Part shown: positions 1 to 13,061 of the stretch, piece by piece | How positions within the stretch are numbered: position 1 is the first letter of the stretch | Layout of the letters: each line of letters begins with the position of its first letter | Translations under genes and position numbers: made by a program | The notes under the pieces: generated by a model | The model's database searches: none | Seen by the model: only the letters and a program-made list of their open reading frames with translations | Told to the model about the DNA's origin: nothing | Assembly: GCF_001194135.2 (NCBI RefSeq) | Contig: NC_068985.1 | Location: 114,144,954-114,208,953, forward strand | DNA: 64,000 nucleotides | Direction: 5' to 3' | Source of the DNA: Octopus bimaculoides | Taxonomy: Eukaryota

Positions 1-363
1 GTTGGCCCAGAAAGAGAAATGAGATACACACAAAGGTAAAAATAAACTCATGTTTATTTATTTATATATTTACAGTTCAAAATCTGCAGGACTGTTCCGG
101 TACTTTTGACCTCCCTGTAGTAGTAGTAGTAGTAGTAGTTGTAGTAGCAGTAGCAGTAGTAGTAGTAGTTGTAGTAGTAGGTGGGAGCAGCATTGACAGT
201 GGTGATAGTAGTGGTTAAATCAATCAATTGGCTCGTTTGTCAGAAGCCTTTCATTACCATTCATGACTGCTGGAGGGCATGTTATTGACGAGGTCAAAAT
301 GGCAATGAAAGGACTCTAATTGGTTAATTAGTTAACTAGTCAACTATTAATAATAATCATTTA

Positions 364-565
364 TACTATAGGCACAAGGCCTGAAATTTTGGGAGAGGGA
401 AGCTAGTCAATTACGGTGATCACAGTATTCAAAGGGTACATTTTGTTTTTTCAACGACCCCGAAAGGATGAAAGGCAAAGTCGACCACAGCAGTATTTGA
501 ACTGAAAATGTAAAGACAGGTGAAATGCTGCTAAGCATTTTGTCAAGCATACTAACGATTTTGTC
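364..565 (-). mobile_element. tRNA-derived SINE, family M (diagnostic gcctttcatcctttcggggtcgataaa, Meta-domain-like)
   Basis: Reverse complement of the family seen near full length at 20727-20961; (TAA)n tail on left. Confidence 0.8.
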
Positions 566-567
566 CA

Positions 568-765
568 GGCTAGCAGAATTGTTAGCATGCTGGGTAAAAT
601 GCTTAGTGGTATTTCATCCATTCTTACATCCTGAGTTCAAATTCCGCCAAGGTCAACTTCGCCTTTCAACCTTTCAGGGAGATGAAATATGCACCAGTTG
701 AGCACTGGGGTTGATATCATCGACTAAACCCCTCCCGCCAAATTCCAGGCCTTGTGCCTATAGCA
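568..765 (+). mobile_element. tRNA-derived SINE, family M
   Basis: ctagcagaattgttagcatg...gagttcaaattccgccaaggtcaacttcgcctttcaacc...ccaggccttgtgcctatagcag followed by (ATT)n. Confidence 0.8.
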
Positions 766-771
766 GAAATA

Positions 772-1077
772 GTTATTATTATTATTATTTGATGGAAACT
801 CTCAGTTTATTCTGTTGTGAATGATCAAAAAGGTTCAACTGCCCACAGCGAGCAGACTAAAGTGATACTTGTTTACTAATCATGCTTCAAGAATTCTGCA
901 GAGAACTCTTGTAGTTCCAAGCAATGCTGATTTTTGTAGGTCTTCTATCTTTACATTTGTACCAATCTTTTTGAGTCACATTGGTGGTTCAGTGTTGATA
1001 CTTCCAAGTGTGCCAGTCATTACTGATATCACAACCACTCTCTTAACTTCCCACAACTTGTGCATTTCATACTTCAA
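772..1077 (-). mobile_element. 3' end of REL-endonuclease non-LTR retrotransposon (R4/Dong/NeSL-like), decayed
   Basis: 1077-880 translates LKYEMHKLWEVKRVVVISVMTGTLGSINTEPPM*LKKIGTNVKIEDLQKSALLGTTRVLCRILEA*, the typical REL C-terminus (LQK-ALLGT-RILR); followed by 3' UTR and (TAA)n tail. Confidence 0.8.
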
Positions 1078-1464
1078 TTATATTATTATTATTTTTATAA
1101 CGTGCTTTCACTTCACTACCGAGCGCAGCTCTGTGCGCCTTGGGTATGTGCTGTGGTTTGCTGTGATGCTCTTATGGTTACTGTATTGAAAGTGCTTTGC
1201 GTAGGATGTGTGCAGTACCCAGTAGTGCAATTTTCTGTATGTTATATATATTTGTAAGTCCTGGTGTTTTTGTTATGTATTTGTCTGAATATTCTTTTAT
1301 TATACCTAAGGCACCTACTATAATAGGAATTGTTTCTGTCTTTAGATTCCACATTCGAGTTACCTCTATTTCCAGGTCTTTGTATTTTGAAAGTTTTTCC
1401 ATTTCTTTTAGAGAGACGTTGTCATCTGCTGGTATTGATACATCAATTAGAAAGCATTTTTTTT
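1078..1464 (-). mobile_element. 3' end of REL-endonuclease non-LTR retrotransposon (R4/Dong/NeSL-like)
   Basis: Translates KKCFLIDVSIPADDNVSLKEMEKLSKYKDLEIEVTRMWNLKTETIPIIVGALGIIK...IQKIALLGTAHILRKALSIQ* (ID..KE.EK..KY REL motif); then 3' UTR and (TAA)n tail. Confidence 0.88.
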
Positions 1465-2334
1465 ATTATTATTATTACTATTATTATTATTATTGTTTCT
1501 AATTTAGGCTCATGGCAAGCAGTTTTAAGAGGCGAGTGTTAGTCAAAATTCTTTATTTTATTCAAACTTTTTGGAAGGAGATATGTAAATTTTTCCTAAA
1601 GTTTATCAGTAAGATGAGTGAGAGGTTACTATAAGGCATGAATGACCTTCGTGTTAATGAAAGCCAACCTCAAAGTAATTTTTTTCTTTCTTTAGATAGT
1701 AGCAATAACCCAAGAAGTTCACTAATTTTGACTGAACTTTAAGCTTCCATGCTTACATCATAAAGTGTGCCAAAACGCTTTTTTAATTCATAGAGAATTG
1801 TTGCAATTTCCTATAGCTTTATATGCTTGTAGTATCATGTTTATTTCTGAATTACAAGTGTTGGTAACTAGTTTAGCAATATCTACAGTGTTAATAAGTA
1901 GCAGGAAAGTGTATAAATTTAGAACTAGATTCTTTAGAGAAAGATTTGAACAAATTAACTACTACTTGGGTTATTATTCTATAAAGCCTAACAAGTAATA
2001 CTTCCTTAATTTTGAGAATAATTATGTCTAAAGTGTATTTGTAAATAATATTTTATGCCTGCTTTACTGCAGTTTATAAATCTAAGAAATAATTTCCAGT
2101 TCACTTTCTTGTCTTGTTTGCTGCATTAATTTATGCTAAAATTTCAAAATAAACCCCCTTCCATATTGGGTTACACACACAAATGCATGTGCATGACTGA
2201 ATACATATGTCTGCGTTTGAGACATACACACTTCACGTCTGGCTGTACAGCCTTTTTGTTTGTTTATTTCACCGTTTCGTTTTCCTGTCTTGTTTTCCGT
2301 CCGCCACTACCCTCCATGAAAACAATTTAATTTG

Positions 2335-2605
2335 TGTTCGTGGGAAGAACCATTTTAACGATGTGTACTGCCTTAATTCTTCGAAACACCGGAGTTTTAA
2401 TGGTGGCAGCTGATGAAGGGGATGTTTCTATGTGACCTGCTTGTTTGTTGCACCTTGTTTACCATTTTTGTCCTTGTTCTTTTGCCACGTCATGTACCCA
2501 GTTATGTATCTATATGTACATGTGGATGAACGTATATACATACATGTACATATATATGCATATACTCATATATTGTTTATATATATATATATATATATAC
2601 ATACA
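2335..2605 (+). mobile_element. Penelope-like pLTR-type repeat, family A (ttcGAAAC...cagCTGATGAAG), ends in (TA)n
   Basis: Shared sequence with 29218-29432, 53582-53850, 54783-55039 and 55435-55660; carries hammerhead core words typical of Penelope pLTRs. Confidence 0.6.
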
Positions 2606-2862
2606 NNNNNNNNNNNNNNNNNNNNNNNNNNNNNNNNNNNNNNNNNNNNNNNNNNNNNNNNNNNNNNNNNNNNNNNNNNNNNNNNNNNNNNNNNNNNNNN
2701 NNNNNNNNNNNNNNNNNNNNNNNNNNNNNNNNNNNNNNNNNNNNNNNNNNNNNNNNNNNNNNNNNNNNNNNNNNNNNNNNNNNNNNNNNNNNNATTAATA
2801 ATTAACAATTTTGCCAAGTAGTTCAGTATGCAATAAAACCTTTATCGGTAAAAACATTTATA

Positions 2863-3110
2863 ATTATAAATATATAGGGATCAGCATGAGTTGCTTCACC
2901 AGCATACTGAAAATTTAGAAATAGCAGTCAAAGAACTACTAATTCTAACTACAATTTTTTTCTCTAACGGATGGCGATATTTACGGCACACATAGAACAA
3001 AACAGAAGAGAAAATAAATACTAGTTAGAATTAGTAGTTCTTTGACTGCTATTTCTAAATTTTCAGTATGTTGGTGAAGCAACTCATGCTGATCCCTATA
3101 TATTCATAAT
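2863..3110. repeat. Foldback/MITE: 89-bp inverted arms, 70-nt spacer
   Basis: 2863-2951 is the reverse complement of 3022-3110 with 2 mismatches. Confidence 0.9.
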
Positions 3111-3122
3111 TATATATATATA

Positions 3123-3365
3123 TAAATGCGTCCTTTTAAAGCCTAGCCAGGCTCATGATTCCCCGGTTTCAATGGCGTATGTGTTACCCAGCTGGACGGG
3201 ACGCCAGTCCATCGCAGCGTTACTCATTTTTGCCAGCTGAGTGGACTGGAGCAACGTGAAATGAAGTGTTTTGCTCAAGAACACAACACGTCGCCCGGTC
3301 CAGGAATCGAAACCACAATCTTACGATCATGGTGCTGACACTAACCACTATGCCATGTGCCTCCA
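3123..3365 (-). mobile_element. tRNA-derived SINE, family D (gtgttgtgttcttgagcaaaacacttcatttcac)
   Basis: Reverse strand has A-box-like tggcatagtgg and B-box ggtttcgattcc, then the family body also seen at 7700-8115 and 10715-11005. Confidence 0.75.
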
Positions 3366-5789
3366 CAGAGGAACTACACAGCTACTTGTAATATAGAAGA
3401 GAGAGTTCGAGAAATTGAGGTACAGATGGAAAGGAACGAAAATAGTGGAAATAGAAATGTTAGGAGGGATGCACCTTGAGGTGCATCCACCACAACAGGA
3501 AAAGTATCTGATCATAGAAAATCTGTATCAGTGAATTCTTTGAGAATCGCACAAGTATAGAAAAGTAGACTTAAGTTGAAAGTTGAAAACATTGATGATA
3601 AATTATTTTTGAAAGACAAGTAAATTTGTATAAGCTATTCTATTCATTTTATAAACTGATCATTTTGTCTGATGTGAACCATCATTTGTTTTTATTCTGA
3701 CAGTATTGAATTAATTTGCTTGGGTTTAGAAAAGAACTTATATATAAATAAATAAATACAATCTATAATCGTTAAATTTTCAATTAGATTTAAATTTCTT
3801 AAGTCAAAAAAGTTACTTTGAGGAACAAAATTTATGATTGAATATTTTAAATGCCAAATTTTTTTTTAGGCTAGCTCATCATCATCGTCTCCAAACAATG
3901 ATGATGATGATGATGGTGAGCCCAGAACATAATGATAATATTCTAGGAACAAATGAAAAAAGTAATTTCAAAATCACATCAAAGATCTCATCGTCACTAC
4001 CGCCGTAAATGAAAGCAGCCCTAACAAGACTAGCAATCACAAGAGACCTCTACTGCAACAAAAAATAATAATAAATAAATAAAAAAACACACAACAAGAA
4101 AGAAATCACCGAAAGTGAAACAAGGAAAATCAAAGCTCTGAATTTTTATTTTTCATCCAGAGTTTGTTCTAAAAATTCATGCATGAAAAATTTCCTGAAA
4201 GTTAAAAGAATTTATTCTCCCTTCTTTTTTTCCTTTTATACGTCGTCATCATCATCATCACCACCACCATTATTATCATTATTATTATTATTTCAGTTGC
4301 TTAAATTGTTGTTGTTTTTTTATGTTGGAAGACGAGACAAGACAAGACGAGACATTGGTGCCTTTGGGAACAAATTACAAATTAGGTAATCTTCAAATCC
4401 CTGATCACATTTTAAAATTAATTTTGTCTGCTATTCTTTATATCCAAGCTATTGCTAGCAAGGCAAAAAACAAAAAAAAAAAAAAAAATTCGGATTTCCT
4501 ATTATTACTATTACTAATATTACTAGTAAATTTATTATTATATTGTTTTAGTTTATTACTATTATCGTTATTATTAAGGAAACGATGGAATGTCATCATG
4601 CTGCAAAAGTCTGCAGATATTATGAGCCTTCACCTTTACCATCACTATACCGCTGCCACCATCAGCACCAAAGCAAAACCAAATAAAATAATTTCCTAAA
4701 AAAAAAGCCAACAGACATCACGATGCAGGCAAACTAAAATTACAAATGCTCTCGTTATTACATAATTTCTTCATTCTCGTCATTTTTTTTTTTCTTATAT
4801 TTAATCATTACAAAGGCAAAAAAAAAAAAAAAAATTCATTTCAATCATGACTTTTAGTTGTGTTCTTATCCATTTATTTTTATTTATTTTTAGATCATCA
4901 TTCTTTGAAGATACCGAAATAGTTGCCGTAATTGCAGCTGTTAAGAGTTGTTGTTGCTATTGTTGATGTTATTACTGTCATTGTGGTTGTTGGCGGTCGT
5001 GTTATTACCGTGGTTGGTGATAGTACTGCTTATTACTGTGGTGGTGGTGGTTATTACTATTATAGTTATTGCTGCATTAGTCGGTGTTACTATTGCTACT
5101 GTTAGTGGTGGTGTTGTTATTACTACTACTACCACCACTGGTGTTATTACTGCTGTGGTTGTTGAAGGTATTATTATTATTATTATTATTGTTATTACTT
5201 CTACTGCTGCTGTTGCCATTAAAATCACTATTATTAATACACAAACTGCTTTTCTTCTTGAGGACAGACTCCAGTGAAAAAAAACTGTTTCTCTCTGTTT
5301 AGTAAATTAGCTAGATCGTACTTTAACTGGATAAATTATGGTTAATAAAAAACAAAAGCAAAAAAAAAAAAATAAATAAATAAATATTTCTTTAATTTCC
5401 TCCCTCAAACGAACAATACGTTAAGAAATTTACTATTTAATTATTTATTTTTCTTTGAATTTTTCTATATGCTTTGAATCAGTTGCTGCCTTTTGCTTGC
5501 AATGTCTTTATATCCTGGCATTAAGAAAACCCAAAACATTTTAAAGAATCTATTAGGCCTAAATGAATGAAGGATTGTAACAGACTTTCTTTGAGGAACA
5601 AAGCACAGGCCTAGCCAAAGATCCAGTATAACCGAAGTGCTAATGGTGTGTTTTGAAGATAAATGTCTTTTGTATTTGATTTTAATCTTTCCTTTTTGTA
5701 AATTATTTTGTTTGTTTGTCTCTTCTTATTTTTTTAATTTAATTAAATTATGAATATGATGTCAATATGGAATTAATTGGCTAGCAGGC

Positions 5790-6195
5790 TATGTGATGAG
5801 GAAGCTTGCTTCCCAGTCATGGGGTATTGGGTTCAGTCCCACTGCATGGTATCTTGGGCAAGTGTTTTCTATTGTAGCTTCAGGCCAAACAAAGCCTTGT
5901 GAATGGATTTGGTTGATGGAAACTAAAAGAAGCCCTTTGTGTGTACCTTTGTCTAGACATGTGATGGTTGTAAATGATAATGATCATCCTCATCATACAA
6001 GTGAGGTTGTTTGTTTTTAGTCTTCTGTGCAAAAAGTGTCTGGCTATGGAGAAATATTACTTTGCTAGGAAACAGGTGAGAGTTGGTGACAGGAAAGGCA
6101 TCAAGTCATAGAAAATCTATCTCAACAAATTCCATCTAACCCATGCAAGAATGGAAAAGTGAATGTTAAATGATGATGATGACGATTATGATGAT
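5790..6195 (+). mobile_element. Composite SINE: tRNA head + CORE-like domain + ggaagggcatcc-type 3' module with (GAT)n tail
   Basis: gtgaggaagcttgcttcc...gggttcagtcccactg...ttgggcaagtgtttt...aggaaaggcatc...ccaacccatgc...gttaaatgatgatg. Confidence 0.7.
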
Positions 6196-7096
6196 GATGA
6201 TGACATTACTGGATATGGCATTGGGTTGGTTCTCCCTCCTTCACTAATTCCACCAGCAGCAGTAGCAGTAGCAGAAACAATAACAATGGAGTTTCTGTGT
6301 GGTTACTTAACTTGCCAAATAAAGCAACTAAATCTACATAGCACATCATAATGTCTTAAAAATGGAAGACGACTTTGGATAATGTAGTCCTAAGCACACT
6401 AAGTCTGAATAAACTATGGCATAGTTAGTGCCTTGAATAGCTTTCATCATAGATCTGTTGGATCAGAACCAACTAGAAGTTTATAATTAGTCAGCCTCAG
6501 TAACAGTCAGAAACATCCTGCAGCCCATAGACCTCATGCAACCCAAGGAACTTTTTAAATGGTATGCCTTAGGAAGAATTACTTTCCGGTTTTGTTTAGT
6601 AGTGTAGCCTACCTGATGACAAGCCATGCATCATGTAGCCTACCTGATGACAAGCCATGCATCATGTAGCCCCCTTCTTGATAAAGGTTGCCCATGCCTG
6701 CTCTAGAAGATCACTTGATTTGCTAACAAAAGTTCAAGATCTTAGAACTACAAGATCAGAATCAACCCAAAGTTAATTGAAAACAAGGCAGCCTCTAAAA
6801 GATCATTTTATCTGCTAAAAATAACCACCAAAGACTGTAAGTTTATAAGATCAGAACCATTTTGAAGCAGGTCAAAAACAAGATAGTGGCTACAAGATCC
6901 CTTGAACTGCTAGAAATAATAGTCAAATCTCTCACAAATTATACTGTGTTCTAATTATTAAAGAAATACTGTACCTACTGAATAGTGGCAGAGGGGTTTC
7001 AAGTAAAAAATACCTCTCAATACCCAAAATTCATTAATGTCTCTTACTTAGAATCAGAAATTCTTCAGCAAAATTCTTCATTATAGAAGCCCTTAA

Positions 7097-7315
7097 TCCT
7101 TTTGCTACCATATTGCTGTCAAGATACACTGATTTCATTTCAATTAATTTTGAAAATAATGGAGAATTTAGTAAAATAACTTTGTCATTAAGTCAGTGTT
7201 TGGAATATAAATTAACATGAAATTTAGATGACAGGTTTTAATTCAGATTACTTTAAGTCAAATATTTTATATCAGAGACCCAGTAAAAAACTTGAGTGGG
7301 GTGGTATCAAAAGGG
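7097..7315. mobile_element. piggyBac-like MITE (TTAA flank, CCTTTTG TIR)
   Basis: ttaa|tccttttgctacca...tggtatcaaaaggg|ataa; a related body occurs at about 51590-51830. Confidence 0.55.
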
Positions 7316-7494
7316 ATAAATCTGACTGAATAATTTTTAGTGCCGAAAACAATCTGTGGAATTGGAAATTTTAATGTTTCATAATTAATTTCGCATTTTT
7401 CAAAGCCAGAATTGGAACATCTTTACTTTTAAGTAAGTACTGTATTTTGAGTCTTAGGGTTCATAGGGCTGGTTGCTCAGTCTCCATGGCATAT

Positions 7495-7690
7495 CATCAT
7501 CATCATCATCATCATCATCGTTTAACGTCCGCTTTCCATGCTAGCATGGGTTGGACGATTTGACTGAGGACTGGTGAAACCGGATGGCAACACCAGGCTC
7601 CAGTCTAATTTGGCAGAGTTTCTACAGCTGGATGCCCTTCCTAACGCCAACCACTCAGAGAGTGTAGTGGGTGCTTTTACGTGTAGTGGG
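7495..7690 (-). mobile_element. Young SINE 3' module, family V (gttaggaagggcatccagctgtagaaactctgcc), (GAT)n tail
   Basis: Near-identical to 29740-29910, 35700-35885 and 51915-52080. Confidence 0.8.
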
Positions 7691-7699
7691 TGCATATAA

Positions 7700-8115
7700 G
7701 TGACCAAAATTACATTAGCCCTGAATTGAATGTCAGTCCATTGCAGAGTTAACCATTTACAACTGGGTGAACTGGAGTAATGTGAAAATGAAGTGTTTTG
7801 TCCAAGAACAAAATTCCTCACCTGTCTGGCAATGGAAACCATGATTTTGTGATTGTCCGTTGCAGGTTTACTCACCTTTGCCAGTTGAGTGGACCAGGGA
7901 AATGTGAAATAAAGTGTTTTACTTGAGAACACAAACAGAACTTGCTGCAAGGATGGAAACCATGATCTTGAAATTGTCTGTCACTAGGATACTCATTTAC
8001 AGTTGGGTGGACTGGAATAATGTGAAATGAAGTGTTTTGCTCAAGAACACAGCACACAACCTGATCCAGGAATCAAAACCACAATCGTATGATCATGAAT
8101 TCAACATCTTAACTC
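7700..8115 (-). mobile_element. Three stacked fragments of SINE family D
   Basis: The motif gtggactggag...gtgaaatgaagtgttttgctcaagaacac is repeated three times. Confidence 0.6.
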
Positions 8116-8783
8116 CTAAAGTAAACCCTATAGTGACTCAATAATAATTGCTTCAGAGTCTAACTCCATGATTCTGACTCCAGAGTCCTACATGGAAGGA
8201 ACAGTATAAAAACCACAAAGAGAGAAAAGAAAGGAGAGGAAGGAAGAGTTAGAAAAAGAGAAAGAAGAAGAAAAAAGAGTGCAAGGGAAAGAGATCTGAG
8301 AGCAGTATGATTGTTTGCTAGTTAAAGGTAATATGAAAGACAAGGGAGGTAAGAGATAAGGTGTAACAGCATGAGTTGGGGGGTGAGTAACAAAGGATGA
8401 TGTGAAAAGACCAGGAGTATAGGGATTTTAACATGATATGGTAACTGAGGAAATGACAGGGTAGAAGTAGGAATAACTTGATAGTATGCTTGGGTGTATT
8501 GCTAAGTGTGTGTGTGTGTTTGTGTGCACACACATGCATATAACATGTGCCTTTTTGCACACACACACACACACACTGGTGTGTGCATTTACAAGTGATA
8601 TCTGTGTATGTATATGTATTAGTGTGTATACCTNNNNNNNNNNTACAAGTGATATCTGTGTATGTATATGTATGTATTAGTGTGTATACCTGCATAAATG
8701 CTGGTGCAGGCACATACGTATATATACAATGCAAGTGTGTATGTATGTATACACATGGTGGTGCATACACAGGCACATTATGC

Positions 8784-8833
<50 letters not shown>

Positions 8834-10714
8834 TTACATACACACACATTNNNNNNNNNNATGTGTTATTTGTGTTTGTATACATGTACACACAATGACA
8901 ACACTACAGAGTAGATAGGAAGATTACATGGCTATGGGGGGGGTAGATGTGGGGAATATTTGTTGAAGGAAATTAAAATTGTGGTGGCAGGGTGGAGGAA
9001 CAGGAAGGGGAAAACACAAATCAGAAGGGAAGGCAGTGGTAGTGGTTGTATGAGTGTATGGGGGGTGGGGAGCTTTATGAAATTAATACAGTCTGCCTCT
9101 CCTCCCCACCTCTTCCTCCGTAGCTACTTCAACAAAGAAAATGTAACTGAATAATAAAAAAAAAAAAGAGAGAGAGTAATCTAGTATTACAACATAAACA
9201 GAAGTGGTTCTAGTAGTTGATGAGAGTGAAGGTCCTGGTTGGATTGAATAGGGTGGGGTAGTGATGTATTATTATAACATATCCAATTAGTATTCTTGCA
9301 TGTTTTTTTGTGTTTTTCTTTTCAGTTCTTACCCCCCACCCCTTTACCATCCACACATTTTTTTTTTCCCTTTTTAATAAAGATATTTCAAAGATCCACC
9401 CAACACTAGAAGATGTGTCAGTCTGGCTTATGTCTTTAACAATGGTTAAAGAAGCTTAAACAATTGTCTTCTTTGTTGTATAATTATTCAGACACAGCAT
9501 TATGAAATTATGCTACTATCCCCCCAAATTTATCACAACGAAGAATAGACAATACATAGTAGTTCAGTATAGTACATAGTCGTTTAGTATAACGTGTTCT
9601 CACCATCAACTATAACACACAATACCATTGTTATATTATTACATAATATGCTACTGTCAAAACCTACTGAAATATTGCACAATACTGCCAGTATAATAAG
9701 TGCTTAGCATGGGATTGTACAATAAATATTCTTGCCACACCAAACATGAAAGACAGGGGTTGTTATGTTTTTCCATGAACATAATTCTTGCATTAAATTT
9801 TTAACCAAAAAGAATTTTGTAATGTTTTCTTTTTAATTTTTAAAAATTTTATCCTTTAAATGAGCTTTAACTAAAGAATATTATTCTCTTTTTGCAAAAT
9901 ATTAACTAACTATCAAGAGAACCGGAGTGCCAAAAGTAAGAGCCTCCTATCTGTCTTCTTTTCTTTTTAATTTATTTTTCTGGAGTCGTAGGACTCTCAA
10001 GTTCAATTACCTAGTTTCCATGACACATGAGTGACCAAGACCATGCCATTCCTCCTGAACAAGAATCCAGCCAGGTTTCAAGACCAGCAAGTTTTGAGGA
10101 TAGGAAGAGCAAGTCAATTATGTTTATTCTAGTATTTCACTGGTATTTCATTTTATCAGCCCTGTGGCAACAAAAGGAAACGATTACCTAATTGGGATTT
10201 GAACCCAAAATGTAAAGAACCAGAAGAAATGCCACCAAGCATTTTATCTGCCATGTTTATAATTCTTCCAGCTCACCACCTTGCTAGCTGTTTGCCTGGC
10301 TAATATACACATGTCTACCTAGAGATATAGCTAACTGTCCTTATGTATTCATAGATAAATGTTAGCTGCTTAAGATTATATGTCATTGGGAAGAACTCCT
10401 GATAATTTTGGGAAAGGTTCCTCTTTGAGAAATTAAGTTTGCTTGGTTCGTACTCATATAGATGAAGAACAAACTTCTGTATTCTTCAGAGGAATTCATC
10501 CAGAAAACACCAGAAACCTATCCCAGCAGCATAAAGTATTTTACACATTCACTTTGTTTGCAGCCATGTGGTCTTGAGTACAGTCCTACTGTGCAGCACC
10601 TTCAGCAGGTGTCTTGTATTATAACACTGTGCTCACTAATGCCTTGTAAGTGAATTTAGCAAAATGGAAAATGTGCTGAAGCCCGTCATACATACATATA
10701 TACATGTGTGTGTG

Positions 10715-11005
10715 TGTATGCAGGTGGATGGCTTAGTGGTTAGGGTGTTGCACTCATGATTGTAAGATCGTGGGTTCACTTCCCAGACTGGGCATTGCGT
10801 TGTATTCTAGAGCAAAGCACTTCATTTCCATACAGCTTTGCGATCATTTTGACATCTGACATGCGGCAACCCAGTTGCACATGTACAGGTAATGTTGATT
10901 TGATGGAGAGAATGAGCTTATGTCTACACAAACATTTGATCACGATAAAACAAATCATCTGTGCGGTTGTTTGGCAAGAAATTGTCGAACCCTCATACGT
11001 CGTCT
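10715..11005 (+). mobile_element. tRNA-derived SINE, family D variant
   Basis: ggcttagtggttagggtgttgcactcatgattgtaagatcgtgggttc...agagcaaagcacttcatttc; related copies at about 35920-36150, 45010-45300 and 59310-59590. Confidence 0.65.
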
Positions 11006-11100
11006 AATGACAGGAGAGTCCGATAGAAGCAGTAGGAATACCTGAAGGTAATTTTTATCTCCATAGATAAAGACTGCCTTCTCAGGTATAGTTATGCCTC

Positions 11101-11141
<41 letters not shown>

Positions 11142-12404
11142 TTGCTCTTAAATAGATTCCAACTCAGAGCCATACTACAGCAATATCTGATGATGATGAT
11201 GATGATGATGGTTGTGAGGATGATAAGGATAATGATGAGGAGATAGCAGTGGTGGTGGCAGTGATAATGATGCAGATGATGATGATGATGATGATGTTGC
11301 AGGTGTGGTAGCAGTGACAATGATGCAGGAGGCAGTGATGGTGATTGCAGTGGTGATGATGATGATGTTGATGAAAGTGGTGGTGGTGGTCGCAATGATA
11401 CTGATGAATGGTGACAATTATGAAGTGGTGCTTGTGTATCTGAGTGGAGGTCATATGGTTTTGTTTAATCAAGGCTAACAATTAGTTTAATATTACAATC
11501 ACCACCATTACTACAACTAACACCACCACCACAACATATACTACTACTATTACTACTACCACAACTAGTATGACTACAGCTAGTACAACAGAATGAAAGC
11601 TTGATGAGGGTGAAGGATGATGGCTAGTGATGGGATTATTTCCTGGATGGTTTTGCAGGTTAGACCAATTCCACTTGTAATTATTATGTTAANNNNNNNN
11701 NNNNNNNNNNNNNNNNNNNNNNNNNNNNNNNNNNNNNNNNNNNNNNNNNNNNNNNNNNNNNNNNNNNNNNNNNNNNNNNNNNNNNNNNNNNNNNNNNNNN
11801 NNNNNNNNNNNNNNNNNNNNNNNNNNNNNNNNNNNNNNNNNNNNNNNNNNNNNNNNNNNNNNNNNNNNNNNNNNNNNNNNNNNNNNNNNNNNNNNNNNNN
11901 NNNNNNAAAAAAATTATAACTCTCCTTTATCCATCTCTCTCTCTCCCTCCCTCTCTCTCTCTTTCATCTACCCCCTTTCTCAGACTCTGCTCCACTCAAT
12001 TCCTCCATCCCTCTGCCAAACTGAATGTTTCTTGCATCCTGGAGAAATCTATTTTGGGAGCTTTTAACAACTGCATCTCCCCACCCCTTCATTGATGGAT
12101 GATGAGAAGCAAATAGAGAAGGATTGTAAGGGGGGGTGAGAGAGTGAGAGAGAAAGAGGGGAGAGAGAGGAAGGAGAACGAAGATAGAAAGATAGAGTGA
12201 GAGGAGAGAGAGAGACTAAAAGACCTTGCAACTATGCAATACAGGATATATAAAAAAAAAATGGCAGCAAAATCTACAGGGTGGTAAGGAAGAAGAGGAG
12301 GAGGAAGAGGAAAGACGGGAAGACGAGTAAGAGGATGAGGAGTGGTGGGGAGAAAAGAAAATGGGAGTGGTGTGACTGTTATCATCATAGTTTTAACACA
12401 TCCA

Positions 12405-12782
12405 TTTTTCCATGCTGGCATGGATCATAAGGGATTTCTTGAGGCACATTTTCTACAGCCGAGTGTCCTTCCTGTCTGTCGCACAGGGCTCAGCTGTTTT
12501 GAAGTAGGGGGTAATATTTCTCTATGGCTGGACGTTTCTTATAGAAGAACATAAATGTTTGTATGACAGTAACATAACTATGGCATGATGTCAAAACATG
12601 AAGATACAAAGAAAACGCAAACAACAAGCTTCTTTCAATTTCCATCTACCAAATCAATTAACTCAAGTGGCTTTAGTTGACCCAAAGCTATAGAATAAAA
12701 CGTTTGCACAGTGCCACACAATGGGACTGAACTTGAAACCACATGGTTGGGAAGTAAACTTCTTAACCTCAAAGCCATGCTT
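12405..12782 (-). mobile_element. CORE-type SINE, decayed
   Basis: ttccatctaccaaatc...gtgccacacaatgggactgaacttgaaaccacatggttgggaag. Confidence 0.6.
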
Positions 12783-13024
12783 CCAAAGACTGTATTAAAC
12801 CATATATATATATATAAGCGACAGAGACAATATAAATACTAAGAGATGATATTTATCCCATCTTAAATGCATGCTTGTGCTAGAAATATAAAGAGTGCAT
12901 TTTGCACCTAAAGCCAATATAAGAGTTTTTCTCATGGAATTTACTGCAGTATAGCTTGTTCTAATAGAACATCCATGTTTAAGTGGAGATAAATATTACC
13001 TCTTAGTATTTATACTGGCTCTGT

Positions 13025-13061
<37 letters not shown>

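Noticed and set aside
5235-5330. Minus-strand AG-started stretch LKYDLANLLNREKQFFFTGVCPQEEKQFVY*
   Set aside because: It has no similarity to plexin or any family I recognise; short chance ORF.
6603-6668. 31-bp tandem duplication containing CTGATGA twice
   Set aside because: There is no GAAA or stems for a hammerhead and no terminal stem for a C/D snoRNA; it lies inside a MITE-like repeat.
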